A stretch of 64,000 nt of DNA. Origin: Dehalococcoidia bacterium. GTDB taxonomy: Bacteria > Chloroflexota > Dehalococcoidia > UBA2979. Below, piece by piece: positions 8,050-17,291 of this stretch. Position numbers and translations under genes: made by a program. The stretch lies in assembly GCA_963667465.2 (NCBI GenBank), contig CAXXDN010000002.1, forward strand, positions 1,600,001 through 1,664,000, written 5' to 3'. How positions within the stretch are numbered: the first letter of the stretch is position 1; each line of letters begins with the position of its first letter. The notes under the pieces are model-generated. The model was not told the origin of the DNA. It was given only the letters and a program-made list of their open reading frames with translations, and made no database searches.

Positions 8050-9048
8050 CTACTTCTGCTCTCCCAGCCACTTCATCATCGCCCGCACTTCCTTGCCGAC
8101 CTCCTCGATCGGGTGCTCCGCGTTGAGGCGGCGCAGCGCCAGGAAGCGCGCGCGGCCGGCCTGATTCTCGGCGATCCACTCGCTCGCGAACTGGCCGCTG
8201 CGAATCTCGTCGAGGATTGCGCGCATGCGGTCCTTGACGCCGGGGTCGATCACGCGCGGGCCGCGCGTGTAGTCGCCGTACTCGGCGGTATCGCTGATCG
8301 AGTAGCGCATGTACTCCATACCGCCCTCGTAGAGCAGGTCGACGATCAGCTTCACCTCGTGGAAGGTCTCGAAGTAGGCGGACTCGGGCTGGTAGCCGGC
8401 CTCGACGAGCGTCTCGTAGGCGGCCTTGATCAGCGAGGTCAGCCCGCCGCAAAGGATCACCTGCTCGCCGAACAGGTCCGTCTCTGTCTCCTCCAGGAAC
8501 GTCGTCTGCAGGATCCCGGCGCGCGCGCTGCCGATGCCCTTGCCGTAGGCCAGCGCGATCTGCAACGCGGACTCGCTGGCGTCCTGGTGGATGGCGACCA
8601 GCGCCGGCACCCCAAGCCCGCTCAGGTATTCGCGGCGCACGAGGTGACCCGGCCCCTTCGGCGCGATCATCGTGACGTCGACATCGGCCGGGGCGTCGAT
8701 CTGGTTGAAGTGCACGTTGAAGCCGTGGGCGAACATCAGCGTCTTGCCCTCGGCCATGTGCGGGGCGACGTGGTCCTCGTAGACCTGGCGCTGCACCTGG
8801 TCCGGGACGAGCATCATCAGCACGTCCGAGTCGCGCGCCACGTCGGCGACGCTGCCGACCGTCAGGCCGTCGCCCTGCGCCTTCTCCCACGAGGGCGAGC
8901 CGGGGTAGAGGCCGACGGCGACCGTGAGGCCGGAGTCCTGCAGGTTCAGCGCGTGCGCGTGCCCCTGCGAGCCGTAGCCGATCACGCCGATCCGGCGGTC
9001 CTGCAGCAACCCGAGGTCTGCGTCCTCGTCGTAGAAGATCCTGGCCAC
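8050..9048 (-). CDS. ilvC: Ketol-acid reductoisomerase
   Basis: [36 protein letters not shown]. Confidence 0.97.
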   Translation of the reverse strand: MARIFYDEDADLGLLQDRRIGVIGYGSQGHAHALNLQDSGLTVAVGLYPGSPSWEKAQGDGLTVGSVADVARDSDVLMMLVPDQVQRQVYEDHVAPHMAEGKTLMFAHGFNVHFNQIDAPADVDVTMIAPKGPGHLVRREYLSGLGVPALVAIHQDASESALQIALAYGKGIGSARAGILQTTFLEETETDLFGEQVILCGGLTSLIKAAYETLVEAGYQPESAYFETFHEVKLIVDLLYEGGMEYMRYSISDTAEYGDYTRGPRVIDPGVKDRMRAILDEIRSGQFASEWIAENQAGRARFLALRRLNAEHPIEEVGKEVRAMMKWLGEQK

Positions 9049-9115
9049 GTCTCGTCCTCTCCGCGCCGCGAGCCCGGTTGATCCGGGTGGCCGGCGTCGC
9101 CCGCTCCGCGGGCCG

Positions 9116-9706
9116 CTAGTCGCTCACGTACGGCAGTTCGCCCTCCGGACGGCGCCCGGAGCTTCCGCGGAAGCGCTGCAGCTCCTCGGACTCCGGATCG
9201 TGCATCGCGGTGGTCTCGTCGCCTCGCAGCATCGCGATCCGGCCCGTGCGGGTCATCTCGAGGATCCCGTACGGCTCGAGGTTCTCGATCAGCGAGTTGA
9301 ACTGCCGCTCCTCCGCGACGATCTGGATGATCAGGCTGCCCGGCGCGACGTCCACCGCGCGCGCGCGGAAGATGTCGACCAGATCGAGCACCTCGCGACG
9401 CTGCTCCGTGGTGCACGCCACCTTGATCAGCGCCAGCTCGCGGATCACCGCGTCCTCGCCGGTCAGGTCGGCCACCTCGATCACGTCGATCAGCTTTGCA
9501 AGCTGCTTCTCCACCTGGTCGACGATGCCGTTGTCGCTCGCGACGACGATGGTCATGCGCGAGATGCCCGGCTCCTCGGTGGTGCCGACGGCGAGCGAGT
9601 CGATGTTGAAGCCGCGCCGCCGGAACAGCGAGGCGACGCGATTGAGGACGCCGGGGCGGTCCTCGACCAACGCGACGACGGTGTGCTTGCGCAGCTCGCC
9701 GCTCAT
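9116..9706 (-). CDS. ilvN: Acetolactate synthase small (regulatory) subunit
   Basis: [27 protein letters not shown] domain and RELALIKV. Confidence 0.96.
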   Translation of the reverse strand: MSGELRKHTVVALVEDRPGVLNRVASLFRRRGFNIDSLAVGTTEEPGISRMTIVVASDNGIVDQVEKQLAKLIDVIEVADLTGEDAVIRELALIKVACTTEQRREVLDLVDIFRARAVDVAPGSLIIQIVAEERQFNSLIENLEPYGILEMTRTGRIAMLRGDETTAMHDPESEELQRFRGSSGRRPEGELPYVSD

Positions 9707-11406
9707 CGGGCCACCTCGCTCGGGGTTTCAGGCCGGGGCGCCTCGACGGTCTCGGACAGCGCCGAGCCGGCGGGGACCATCGGCCAGACGTTGCCCTCGG
9801 CCTCGACCTGGAAGTCGACGAGGACCGGGCCGTCGTGGTCGTTGGCCTCCTCGATGGCGCCGTCGATCTTGTCGGCGTCGGTGACACGCAGCGCCTTGAT
9901 GCCGTAGGCCTCGGCGAGCTTGACGAAGTCGGGCTGGCTGATCGCGACGGAGACGTAGTTGTCCGCGTAGAACAGCTCCTGCCACTGGCGGACCATGCCG
10001 AGGTAGCCGTTGTTGATGATCGCCATCTTCACCGGCAGGTTCTCGTCCACCATCGTGGCCAGCTCCTGGAGCGTCATCTGGAAACCACCGTCGCCGCAGA
10101 TCGACCAGACCAGCGAGTCGGGCTTCGCGACCTGCGCGCCCATCGCGGCGGGGACCTCGAAGCCCATCGTGCCGAGGCCGCCCGAGGTGATCAGCTGGTT
10201 CGGGTAGCTGAAGCGCATGTGCTGGGCGGCCCACATCTGGTGCTGCCCGACGCCGGTGACGATCACCGTCTCGTCGTCGCACTGCTCGGAGATGCGCTTG
10301 ATGACGCCCTGCGAGGTCATCTGCGGCCCGCTCGGGATCGCCAGCGAGTGCGAGTGGTCGTCGCGCACCTCGTCGATCCAGCGGATCCAGTCGAGGTGCG
10401 AGCGCTGCCGCGTCGCGGCGCGGAGCTGCGGCAGCACGTCCTTGACGTGCCCGAGGATCGGGACCGCGGTCGGCAGGTTCTTGCCGTGCTCGCCGGCGTC
10501 GATGTCGACGTGGATCAGCTTGGCGTGGCGGTTGAAGTCGTTGAAGCGCCCGATCGCGCGGTCGTCCATGCGGTTGCCGATGCCGATCACGAGGTCGGCG
10601 TTCGAGGCGGCCATGTTCGCCTCGTAGGAGCCGTGCATGCCCATCATCCCGTAGGAGAGCACGTGCGTGCGCGGGATGCTGCCAAGGCCGAGCAGCGTGT
10701 TGAGCACGGGGATGCCGGTGTGCTCGGCGAACTGTCGCAGATCCTCGCAGGCCTCGCCGAGGATCACGCCGTGTCCGGCGATGATCAGCGGCCGCTCGGC
10801 CTGGTCGATCAGCTCGGCCGCGCGCGCGATGTCGGCCTCGGCGGCGGCGGCGGGGGGGTCGTAGCCGCGAACCGAGACCTCGCCCGGCCAGACGAACTCG
10901 GCCTCGTCGATGAAGACGTCCTTGGGGATGTCGATGTGGACGGGGCCGGGCCTGCCGGTGGTCGCGAGGTAGGCCGCCTCGGCGAAGGTGTGCGCGAGGT
11001 TCTCGGCGTGCATGACCAGGTAGTTGTGCTTCACGCACGGCGTCAGGATTCCCGTGGCATCGGCCTCCTGGAAGCCGTCCCGCCCGATCAGGTTGCGCGC
11101 GACATTGCCGGTCACGAACAGCGTCGGCACCGAATCCATCATCGCGTTCTGGACCGCCGTCACGAGGTTTGTCGCGCCCGGGCCGGAGGTGGCGAGCGCG
11201 CAGCCGAGGCGGCCCGCGGCGCGGGCGTAGCCGTCGGCGGCATGGCCGCCGCCCTGCTCATGGCGCACCAGGATGTGGCGCACCTCGGGGTGGGAGGGCC
11301 AGCGGTCGTAGAGCGGGAGGACGACCCCGCCGGGGTAGCCGAATACGGTATCGATGCCCACGCGCTTCAGGCTCTCGAGGACGATATCGGCGCCGCTCAT
11401 TCTCAT
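9703..11406 (-). CDS. ilvB: Acetolactate synthase large subunit
   Basis: FGYPGG, RHEQ, TSGPGATN, GQHQMW and GDGGFQM TPP motif. Confidence 0.97.
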   Translation of the reverse strand: MRMSGADIVLESLKRVGIDTVFGYPGGVVLPLYDRWPSHPEVRHILVRHEQGGGHAADGYARAAGRLGCALATSGPGATNLVTAVQNAMMDSVPTLFVTGNVARNLIGRDGFQEADATGILTPCVKHNYLVMHAENLAHTFAEAAYLATTGRPGPVHIDIPKDVFIDEAEFVWPGEVSVRGYDPPAAAAEADIARAAELIDQAERPLIIAGHGVILGEACEDLRQFAEHTGIPVLNTLLGLGSIPRTHVLSYGMMGMHGSYEANMAASNADLVIGIGNRMDDRAIGRFNDFNRHAKLIHVDIDAGEHGKNLPTAVPILGHVKDVLPQLRAATRQRSHLDWIRWIDEVRDDHSHSLAIPSGPQMTSQGVIKRISEQCDDETVIVTGVGQHQMWAAQHMRFSYPNQLITSGGLGTMGFEVPAAMGAQVAKPDSLVWSICGDGGFQMTLQELATMVDENLPVKMAIINNGYLGMVRQWQELFYADNYVSVAISQPDFVKLAEAYGIKALRVTDADKIDGAIEEANDHDGPVLVDFQVEAEGNVWPMVPAGSALSETVEAPRPETPSEVAR

Positions 11407-11524
11407 CGTGGGTTCCGTCTCTTCCGGTTCTTGCGCTTCACGCTGTGTGTTGTGTGGTTGTTGTGAACGACCGGCAGCCCGACACGCGGGCTGATTGGCG
11501 GCGCGACCTCTATGGCGGCGCCGC

Positions 11525-11620
11525 CTAGCGCAGTACGAGCAGGAGGACGAGCAGGCGCGCCGGCGCGGACGCGGCCAGGCGCCATCGGGGCAGGTGTGGA
11601 CCGGGGAGTGTTGCCCTCAT
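11525..11620 (-). promoter_or_regulatory. ilvB leader peptide (31 aa, MRATLPGPHLPRWRLAASAPARLLVLLLVLR)
   Basis: Run of 8 Leu/Val codons just before the stop. Preceded by TTGACG-N18-GATACT (11659-11630); followed by two hairpins and a CA-rich tract. Confidence 0.75.
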
Positions 11621-11691
11621 CAGACGGACAGTATCCGCGCGTCCCGCGGGCACCGTCAACAGTGCGTGAGAAGGAGGCGATACGGTCCCGT

Positions 11692-11720
11692 TTGCGGTAC
11701 CACACCTCATTTGGTACCGT
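11692..11720 (+). promoter_or_regulatory. hicAB promoter (TTGCGG-N17-TACCGT) overlapped by an inverted-repeat operator CGGTACCA-N9-TGGTACCG
   Basis: Perfect 8-bp inverted repeat at 11695-11719 covering the -35 and -10 boxes. The GTG start lies 6 nt after the -10 box. Confidence 0.65.
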
Positions 11721-11726
11721 TCACCT

Positions 11727-11954
11727 GTGGACGAGTTGGAGCGGTTGGCGCGGAAGCGGCGGAACGTCCGCCCTGCCGAACTGCACCGCATCCTCGTCCG
11801 GGCAGGGTTCATCGCCCGTGAGGGACGCGGCTCGCATCGCGTCTACCGGCACCCGGACCTCGTCCGCATCTTGACGATCCCTCAGAGCCGGAATCCCGTT
11901 CGCGCGGTCTACGTCGATGAGGCGATCAAGGCGATACGGGAGGTTCAGCGATGA
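11727..11954 (+). CDS. hicA: HicA family toxin
   Basis: GF...GRGSHRVYRHP...LTIP HicA signature, 75 aa. Confidence 0.88.
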   Translation: MDELERLARKRRNVRPAELHRILVRAGFIAREGRGSHRVYRHPDLVRILTIPQSRNPVRAVYVDEAIKAIREVQR

Positions 11955-12319
11955 ACGCCGCAGCCCTGTTGGAGCGCCCCTACCACATCCGCCTCCAGCA
12001 GCGCGATGACGGCGACGGCGCCTACTGGTTCGCGACGGTCGAGGAGCTGCCTGGCTGCATGTCCGACGGCGACACCGAGGCCGAGGCGCTCGCCTCCGTG
12101 CGCGACGCGATGCACGGCTGGATCAGCGCCGCCCTCGAAGCGGGCCGGCCGATTCCCGAGCCGCGCGACGACGAGACAACCCGGTACAGCGGCCAGTTCC
12201 GGGTTCGGCTGCCGAGCGGGCTGCACAAGGCACTGGCCGACGAGGCCCGCCGCGAGGGCGTCAGCCTCAACCACTTCGTAAGCAGCGCCCTCAGCAGCGC
12301 CGTCGGCTGGCGACGCTAG
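11951..12319 (+). CDS. hicB: HicB family antitoxin with C-terminal RHH
   Basis: ELPGCMSDGDT..EAL and YSGQFRVRLP..LH..LA..A..EGVSLN. ATGA overlap with hicA. Confidence 0.9.
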   Translation: MNAAALLERPYHIRLQQRDDGDGAYWFATVEELPGCMSDGDTEAEALASVRDAMHGWISAALEAGRPIPEPRDDETTRYSGQFRVRLPSGLHKALADEARREGVSLNHFVSSALSSAVGWRR

Positions 12320-12337
12320 CAGCGCCGCGCCCCACCC

Positions 12338-13528
12338 CTACGGCCGCCCGTAGCGCCTCCGCGTAATCGACCGCGCGAGGGCGCCGAGGGGGTGCACGAT
12401 GTGCGCGAAGGGGCCGCCGGTGCGCACCACGTCGGCGTACGTCTCGTCGCCGCGGATCAGCTTCGCGCAGTGGCTCCAGACGCGGCCGGAGCGCTGCAAG
12501 GCCCAGATGAACGGCGGCGGGTAGAGGTAGAAGACCTCCATCAGCCCCTTCGAGATCGCGATCTCGGGCAGCAGCTCGCGCTCCATCAGTTGCTGATAGT
12601 CGCGCAGCGAGTCGCGCTCGCCTCGCAGGTAGTCGTGCGCCACCGGCGCGACGGCCGCGCCCGAGGAGATCGCGGCGAGGATGCCCTCGCCGGAGAGCGG
12701 GTCGATCAGGCCCGCGGCGTCGCCGATCAGCGCCGATCCGTCGGCGGCCAGCGTGCTGCCGTGACGGCGCATCGGCAGGTGGTGGCCGCGCAGTGACTCG
12801 AGGCGGTCCGGGTCGATGCCGTAGTCGCGGCACAGCGCGTGGAGCTGCGGGCGCAGGTCGCCGGCCGTGGCCTTCCAGCAGCCGACGCCGACGTTGACGT
12901 GGTCCTCCTTGGGGAACAGCCAGCCGTACCCGCCGGTCATCGCCCCGAGCTGCAGTACGACGTTGCCGCGCAGCCACTCCGGCGGCCCGTCCGGACAGGG
13001 GAAGTTGCCCTCGAGGCCCACACCGCTCTCCTCGGCGTGCTCGTAGCCGAGCGAGGAGCCGACGACGCCGTTCGCGCCGTCCGCTCCGATCACGACGCGC
13101 GCGTGGTGCAGCTCCGGCGCGGCGCCGTTGCCGACGGCCACCTCGTAGCCGCCGCCACCGAGGCGCGTGACCTGGCGCACGCGCTGGCCGTCGCGGAACT
13201 CCACCCCCGACTGCTGCGCCTGCTCGACGAGGAAGTGGTCGAGGCGGCTGCGTTGCGTGATGTAGGTCAGCGGGTCGTCGTGGCGGAGCGCCACCTTCCG
13301 GCCGTGGCGCAGCTGGATCACGGCCCCCTGGACGACGTCCTCGACGACTGGTTCGAGCGAGAAGGGCAGGAGTGCGTCGCAGCGCACCGTGACGCCTCCG
13401 CCGCAGGGCTTGTCACGAGGGAAGCGCGCGCGATCGAGCAGCAGCGTGTCGACGCCGCGCTGCGCCAGCTCGCGCGCTGCGGTGCTGCCGGCCGGGCCGG
13501 CTCCGACTACGATCGCCTCGACGTCCAC
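12338..13528 (-). CDS. Geranylgeranyl reductase family flavoprotein
   Basis: VVGAGPAG, RDKPCGGG, GADGANG, GYGWLFP, IGDAAG..DPLSGEGI. Confidence 0.88.
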   Translation of the reverse strand: MDVEAIVVGAGPAGSTAARELAQRGVDTLLLDRARFPRDKPCGGGVTVRCDALLPFSLEPVVEDVVQGAVIQLRHGRKVALRHDDPLTYITQRSRLDHFLVEQAQQSGVEFRDGQRVRQVTRLGGGGYEVAVGNGAAPELHHARVVIGADGANGVVGSSLGYEHAEESGVGLEGNFPCPDGPPEWLRGNVVLQLGAMTGGYGWLFPKEDHVNVGVGCWKATAGDLRPQLHALCRDYGIDPDRLESLRGHHLPMRRHGSTLAADGSALIGDAAGLIDPLSGEGILAAISSGAAVAPVAHDYLRGERDSLRDYQQLMERELLPEIAISKGLMEVFYLYPPPFIWALQRSGRVWSHCAKLIRGDETYADVVRTGGPFAHIVHPLGALARSITRRRYGRP

Positions 13529-13575
13529 GCGCGGATGCTACTCCCGGTCGTCGTTGCGGTCAGGCTCGCGGTGGC

Positions 13576-14460
13576 TCAGCCGATGGCGATCGCGGTCGCG
13601 GCGAGGAAGATCGCCTGCACCACGGCCGCCGCCGCGAAGACGAGCCGCCCGGCGATGCGCTCGCGAGCATGCACGAGCAGCCCGATCGCCAGCCCGGCGA
13701 TCAGGATCACGGTCGCGGCGCTCCCCAGCTCGATCAGCGCGGGACGCGCGATGAATTCCGCGGCCTCGCCGGCGGTGAGGTGGAGGGGAACCGTCGCGGG
13801 CACCTCGCGATGGCGGAGGGCGATCTGCAACCAGACGCCGACGCCGCCGAGTGCGGCGAGGCCGGCAATCAGCAGCGCGATGCGGTCGTTCGTGCGCAGC
13901 GGCCACGGCCCGTTGCGGCGCGCTTCGTGCTCCAACTGCGCGGTCGGGCCGAGTTCTTGCCGGATCAGCACCTGCCGCGCGAAGTCCTGCGGATCGGCGA
14001 TGGTGAGCGCGTAGCTGTGCTCCGGCGTGACCACGTAGACCATCTGCTCCGGGACGCGATCGGTGGCGTAGCACAGCACCGGGCCGATTGGCTCGACCGT
14101 CGCCCGCCCGATCTGGCTGCCCCACCAGGAGGCGCCTCCTGCCCGCGCGATGCCGACGGACTCGGCCGGCATCAGCCGCTCGATCGAGCCGAGCGGGATC
14201 ACCTGCTGCGTCCAGCCCCAGCGGATCAGCAGCGCGTTGCGGTCCAGATGGTAGGACAGCGTCCACAGCGCCCAGGTCCAGTAGCCGAGGAGTACCGCGA
14301 TCGCCGCCGCCAGCAGCGACGCGCTGTAAGCGAGCCAGCCCTCGAACCCGAGCTCCCGGCTCAGCCCGATTGCGAACAGCAACAGCGCGACGGCGAGCGC
14401 CCAGCCGGTAAGCACGCCGCCCACGACCAGGCCGGAGGTGCGAGCGGGTCGGTACTGCAT
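13576..14460 (-). CDS. Membrane protein with a bacterial PH-like domain
   Basis: Two N-terminal TM helices, a soluble region (LLIRWG...IPL..I...TIADPQDF) and three C-terminal TM helices. Confidence 0.6.
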   Translation of the reverse strand: MQYRPARTSGLVVGGVLTGWALAVALLLFAIGLSRELGFEGWLAYSASLLAAAIAVLLGYWTWALWTLSYHLDRNALLIRWGWTQQVIPLGSIERLMPAESVGIARAGGASWWGSQIGRATVEPIGPVLCYATDRVPEQMVYVVTPEHSYALTIADPQDFARQVLIRQELGPTAQLEHEARRNGPWPLRTNDRIALLIAGLAALGGVGVWLQIALRHREVPATVPLHLTAGEAAEFIARPALIELGSAATVILIAGLAIGLLVHARERIAGRLVFAAAAVVQAIFLAATAIAIG

Positions 14461-14510
14461 CGAAGCGGTCGAGCCGTTTCGCCGCGTGGCTCAGCGCGGA
14501 CGCGGCGGCG

Positions 14511-15449
14511 TCACGCGCCGACGGCGGCGCCGGAGTAGACGGGCGTGAGCCACTCGGCGTACTGGGGGAGGCGGCCCGTGATTGCCTGGAAGTAGCGGTC
14601 CTGCAGCTGCATCGTGACCGGCCCGGGTCGCCCGTCGCCGACCGGCACGCGGTCGACCTCGACGACGGGCGTGACGTGCGCGGCGGTGCCCGTCATGAAC
14701 ACCTCGTCGGCGATGTAGAGCTCGGAGCGGTCGATCGTGCGCTCCTCGACCTCCATGCCAAGCTCCTCCCGCGCGATCTGCAGCGCGGTCTCGAGCGTGA
14801 TGCCCTCGAGGATGTTGTCCTGCGGCGGCGGGGTGATGATCCGGCCGCGGCGCAGGATCGCGATGTTCTCGCCGGAGCCCTCGGAGACGTGGCCGTCCTG
14901 GTTGAGCAGGATCGCCTCGTCGAACCCGGCGAGCTCCGCCTCCGTCTTCGCCATCGCGTTGTTGACGTAGAGCCCGTTCACCTTCGCCCGCGCCGGAATC
15001 GAGGTGTCGTCGACTCGCCGCCACGAGGAGGTCATGCAGCGCGCGCCCGCCTCCGGGTCCAGGTAGGCGCCGAAAGGCGCGAGGAAGAGCAGGTAGTCGT
15101 CCTCCAGGTTGTGCATGCGGACGCCGAGGATCTCGGAGGACTTGTAGACGATGGGGCGGACGTAGACGTCCTCGCGGAACTCGCTGCGCACGGCCAGCTC
15201 CTGGATCTGGTCGACCAGTTCGTCGTCGCTTGCCCTCAGCGCCATGCGCATAATCTTCGCGCTCTGGCGAAGGCGCTCGACATGCTCGCGAACCTTGAAG
15301 AGGTAGAGCTCGCCCTGGTCGCCGTTCCAGTTGCCGCGGATGCCCTCGAAGACGGCCGTTCCGTAGTTGAAGGCGTGGGTCATGACGCCGATCTTCGCGT
15401 CCGCGAGCGGCATGAACTCGCCGCGCAGGTACGCCATCGGTATCGCCAT
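14511..15449 (-). CDS. ilvE: Branched-chain amino acid aminotransferase
   Basis: FNYGTAVFEGIR, AKVNGLY, EGSGENI, LEGIT, FMTGTAA. ATG at 15449. Confidence 0.95.
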   Translation of the reverse strand: MAIPMAYLRGEFMPLADAKIGVMTHAFNYGTAVFEGIRGNWNGDQGELYLFKVREHVERLRQSAKIMRMALRASDDELVDQIQELAVRSEFREDVYVRPIVYKSSEILGVRMHNLEDDYLLFLAPFGAYLDPEAGARCMTSSWRRVDDTSIPARAKVNGLYVNNAMAKTEAELAGFDEAILLNQDGHVSEGSGENIAILRRGRIITPPPQDNILEGITLETALQIAREELGMEVEERTIDRSELYIADEVFMTGTAAHVTPVVEVDRVPVGDGRPGPVTMQLQDRYFQAITGRLPQYAEWLTPVYSGAAVGA

Positions 15450-15640
15450 CGTGTGCTCCAGCCGCCGCCTCCGGGCTGCTGCCGGGCGCGGGCGTGATCG
15501 ATCGTGATGCTTGGCACGATGATATGGGCCGCGCGGATCGGTCGGCAACCGCCGCACGAGGCCGGGCGCTCCCGGGCGCGCTATGCTCCCCTCCCGACGA
15601 GCGCGCAGCGAGGCGCACACGGAGCAGAGGAGGCAGGGCG

Positions 15641-16498
15641 ATGCCCAAGCTCAGCGAGACCTTCACCATCGGTGGACTCGAGATCGCGGCGCTCAGCGAC
15701 GGCGCGCCGGATCGCGCCCTCGGGGGCTTCTTCCGCGACGTCGACCCGGCGGCCTGGACGAGCGCAATCGGCATCACAGACCCCGAGGACCCCGTGCCCT
15801 TCAACTTCGGCTCGTTCCTGATCCGCGGCGACGGCCACATCACGCTGATCGACACCGGCTACGGCGTGCCCGCCCTCGCGATGGGTATCTCCGGGGGCGG
15901 GGAGCTGCCCGAGCGCATCACCGAGCTCGGCGTGCGGCTCGAGGAGATCGACCGCGTGATCCACACGCACCTGCACGGCGACCACGTCGGCTGGAACATC
16001 CACGACAACGAGGACGACCGGCTGATGTTCCCCAACGCCACCTTCTACGTGCACGAGAACGAACTGAACTACTGGACCGGCAGCGCCTCCGACGACAACC
16101 CGATGGCAGAGAACGTGCGCCGCCGCATCAACCCCGTCATCGCGGCCGGCCGCGTCGAGGCCACCGCGGGCGAGTTCGCAGTCAGCGAGGCGCTCACGAT
16201 GGTTCCCGCGCCGGGCCACACGCCCGGCCACTGCACCGTCCTCGCCGCCTCGCAGGGGACCAACCTGCTGCTGCTCGGCGACGCTGCGCACCACCCGGTC
16301 CACCTCGAGCACCACGACTGGATCCCGCAGGTCGACCTCGATCCCGCCGAGTCCACGCGATCGCGCGGCAAGGTCGCGCGGTTGGCGGTCGAGAAGGACG
16401 CGATCGTGACCAGCGGCCACTTCCCGATCCTCTCGCTCGGCCGCATCCGCGAGGTCGAGGGCGGCTACAAGTGGGAGCTGATCGAGGAGCGCGGCTAG
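15641..16498 (+). CDS. MBL-fold metallo-hydrolase
   Basis: THLHGDHVG, PGHTPGH, GD and GH motifs. AGGAGG RBS. Confidence 0.9.
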   Translation: MPKLSETFTIGGLEIAALSDGAPDRALGGFFRDVDPAAWTSAIGITDPEDPVPFNFGSFLIRGDGHITLIDTGYGVPALAMGISGGGELPERITELGVRLEEIDRVIHTHLHGDHVGWNIHDNEDDRLMFPNATFYVHENELNYWTGSASDDNPMAENVRRRINPVIAAGRVEATAGEFAVSEALTMVPAPGHTPGHCTVLAASQGTNLLLLGDAAHHPVHLEHHDWIPQVDLDPAESTRSRGKVARLAVEKDAIVTSGHFPILSLGRIREVEGGYKWELIEERG

Positions 16499-17280
16499 CC
16501 GCCGCCCGTCACATCGATGGTCACACCGGTTACGAAGTCCGCGTGCGACGAGGCGAGGAAGCAGGCGACGTTCGCCTGGTCGATCGGCTCGGCGACGCGG
16601 CCCAGCGGAATCGCGGCCACCTGGCGCTCGCGCGACCCTGCCGGCCGCTGCTCATACTCGCGAACGATGCGCTCGGTCATGGTGGTCGCGGGTGCGATCG
16701 CGTTGACGTTGATGCCTGCAGGGCCGACTTCCGTCGCAAGCTTCGCCGTGAACGAGATGATGCCGCCCTTGGCTGTGGCGTAGGCCGCCGAACTCGTCGG
16801 ACTCCTCCCGCGACTCGATCGGGAGGAGAAGTTCACGATCTTGCCGCCGCCCTGCCGGGTCATGTGGGGAATCACGGCGTTGCAGAACAGGAAGGTCCCG
16901 GTGAGGTTGAAGTCCAGCACCGTCTGCCACTCCTCCAGCGTCAACTGATCGGTCGTGGCGCCCCGCCTCGCGATGATCGTGGAGCCGCCGACACCGTTGA
17001 TGAGAATGTCGATCCTGCCGAAGCGCTCGACCGCGCCGGCGACGACGGCGTCCACTTCCGCCTGCTCGAGTGCGTTGGCGTGATAGGCGTGGTGCTCGCC
17101 TCCGCCGGCCGCCGCGAGGGCCTCCAGCGCGCGGTCGAGCAGCTCCTTGTTGTTGTCGACGGCGGCGATCGTGCCGCCCTCGGCGGCGATGATCCCGGCG
17201 GCGGAGCGGCAGATGCCGCTGGCGGCCCCGGTGATCAGCGCCACCTTGCCTTCGAAGCGAGCGAACGAGGTGTCGGCCAT
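16495..17280 (-). CDS. Short-chain dehydrogenase/reductase
   Basis: TGAASGI, YATAK, VTGG C-terminus. Confidence 0.9.
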   Translation of the reverse strand: MADTSFARFEGKVALITGAASGICRSAAGIIAAEGGTIAAVDNNKELLDRALEALAAAGGGEHHAYHANALEQAEVDAVVAGAVERFGRIDILINGVGGSTIIARRGATTDQLTLEEWQTVLDFNLTGTFLFCNAVIPHMTRQGGGKIVNFSSRSSRGRSPTSSAAYATAKGGIISFTAKLATEVGPAGINVNAIAPATTMTERIVREYEQRPAGSRERQVAAIPLGRVAEPIDQANVACFLASSHADFVTGVTIDVTGGG

Positions 17281-17291
17281 GGTGATGCCCC

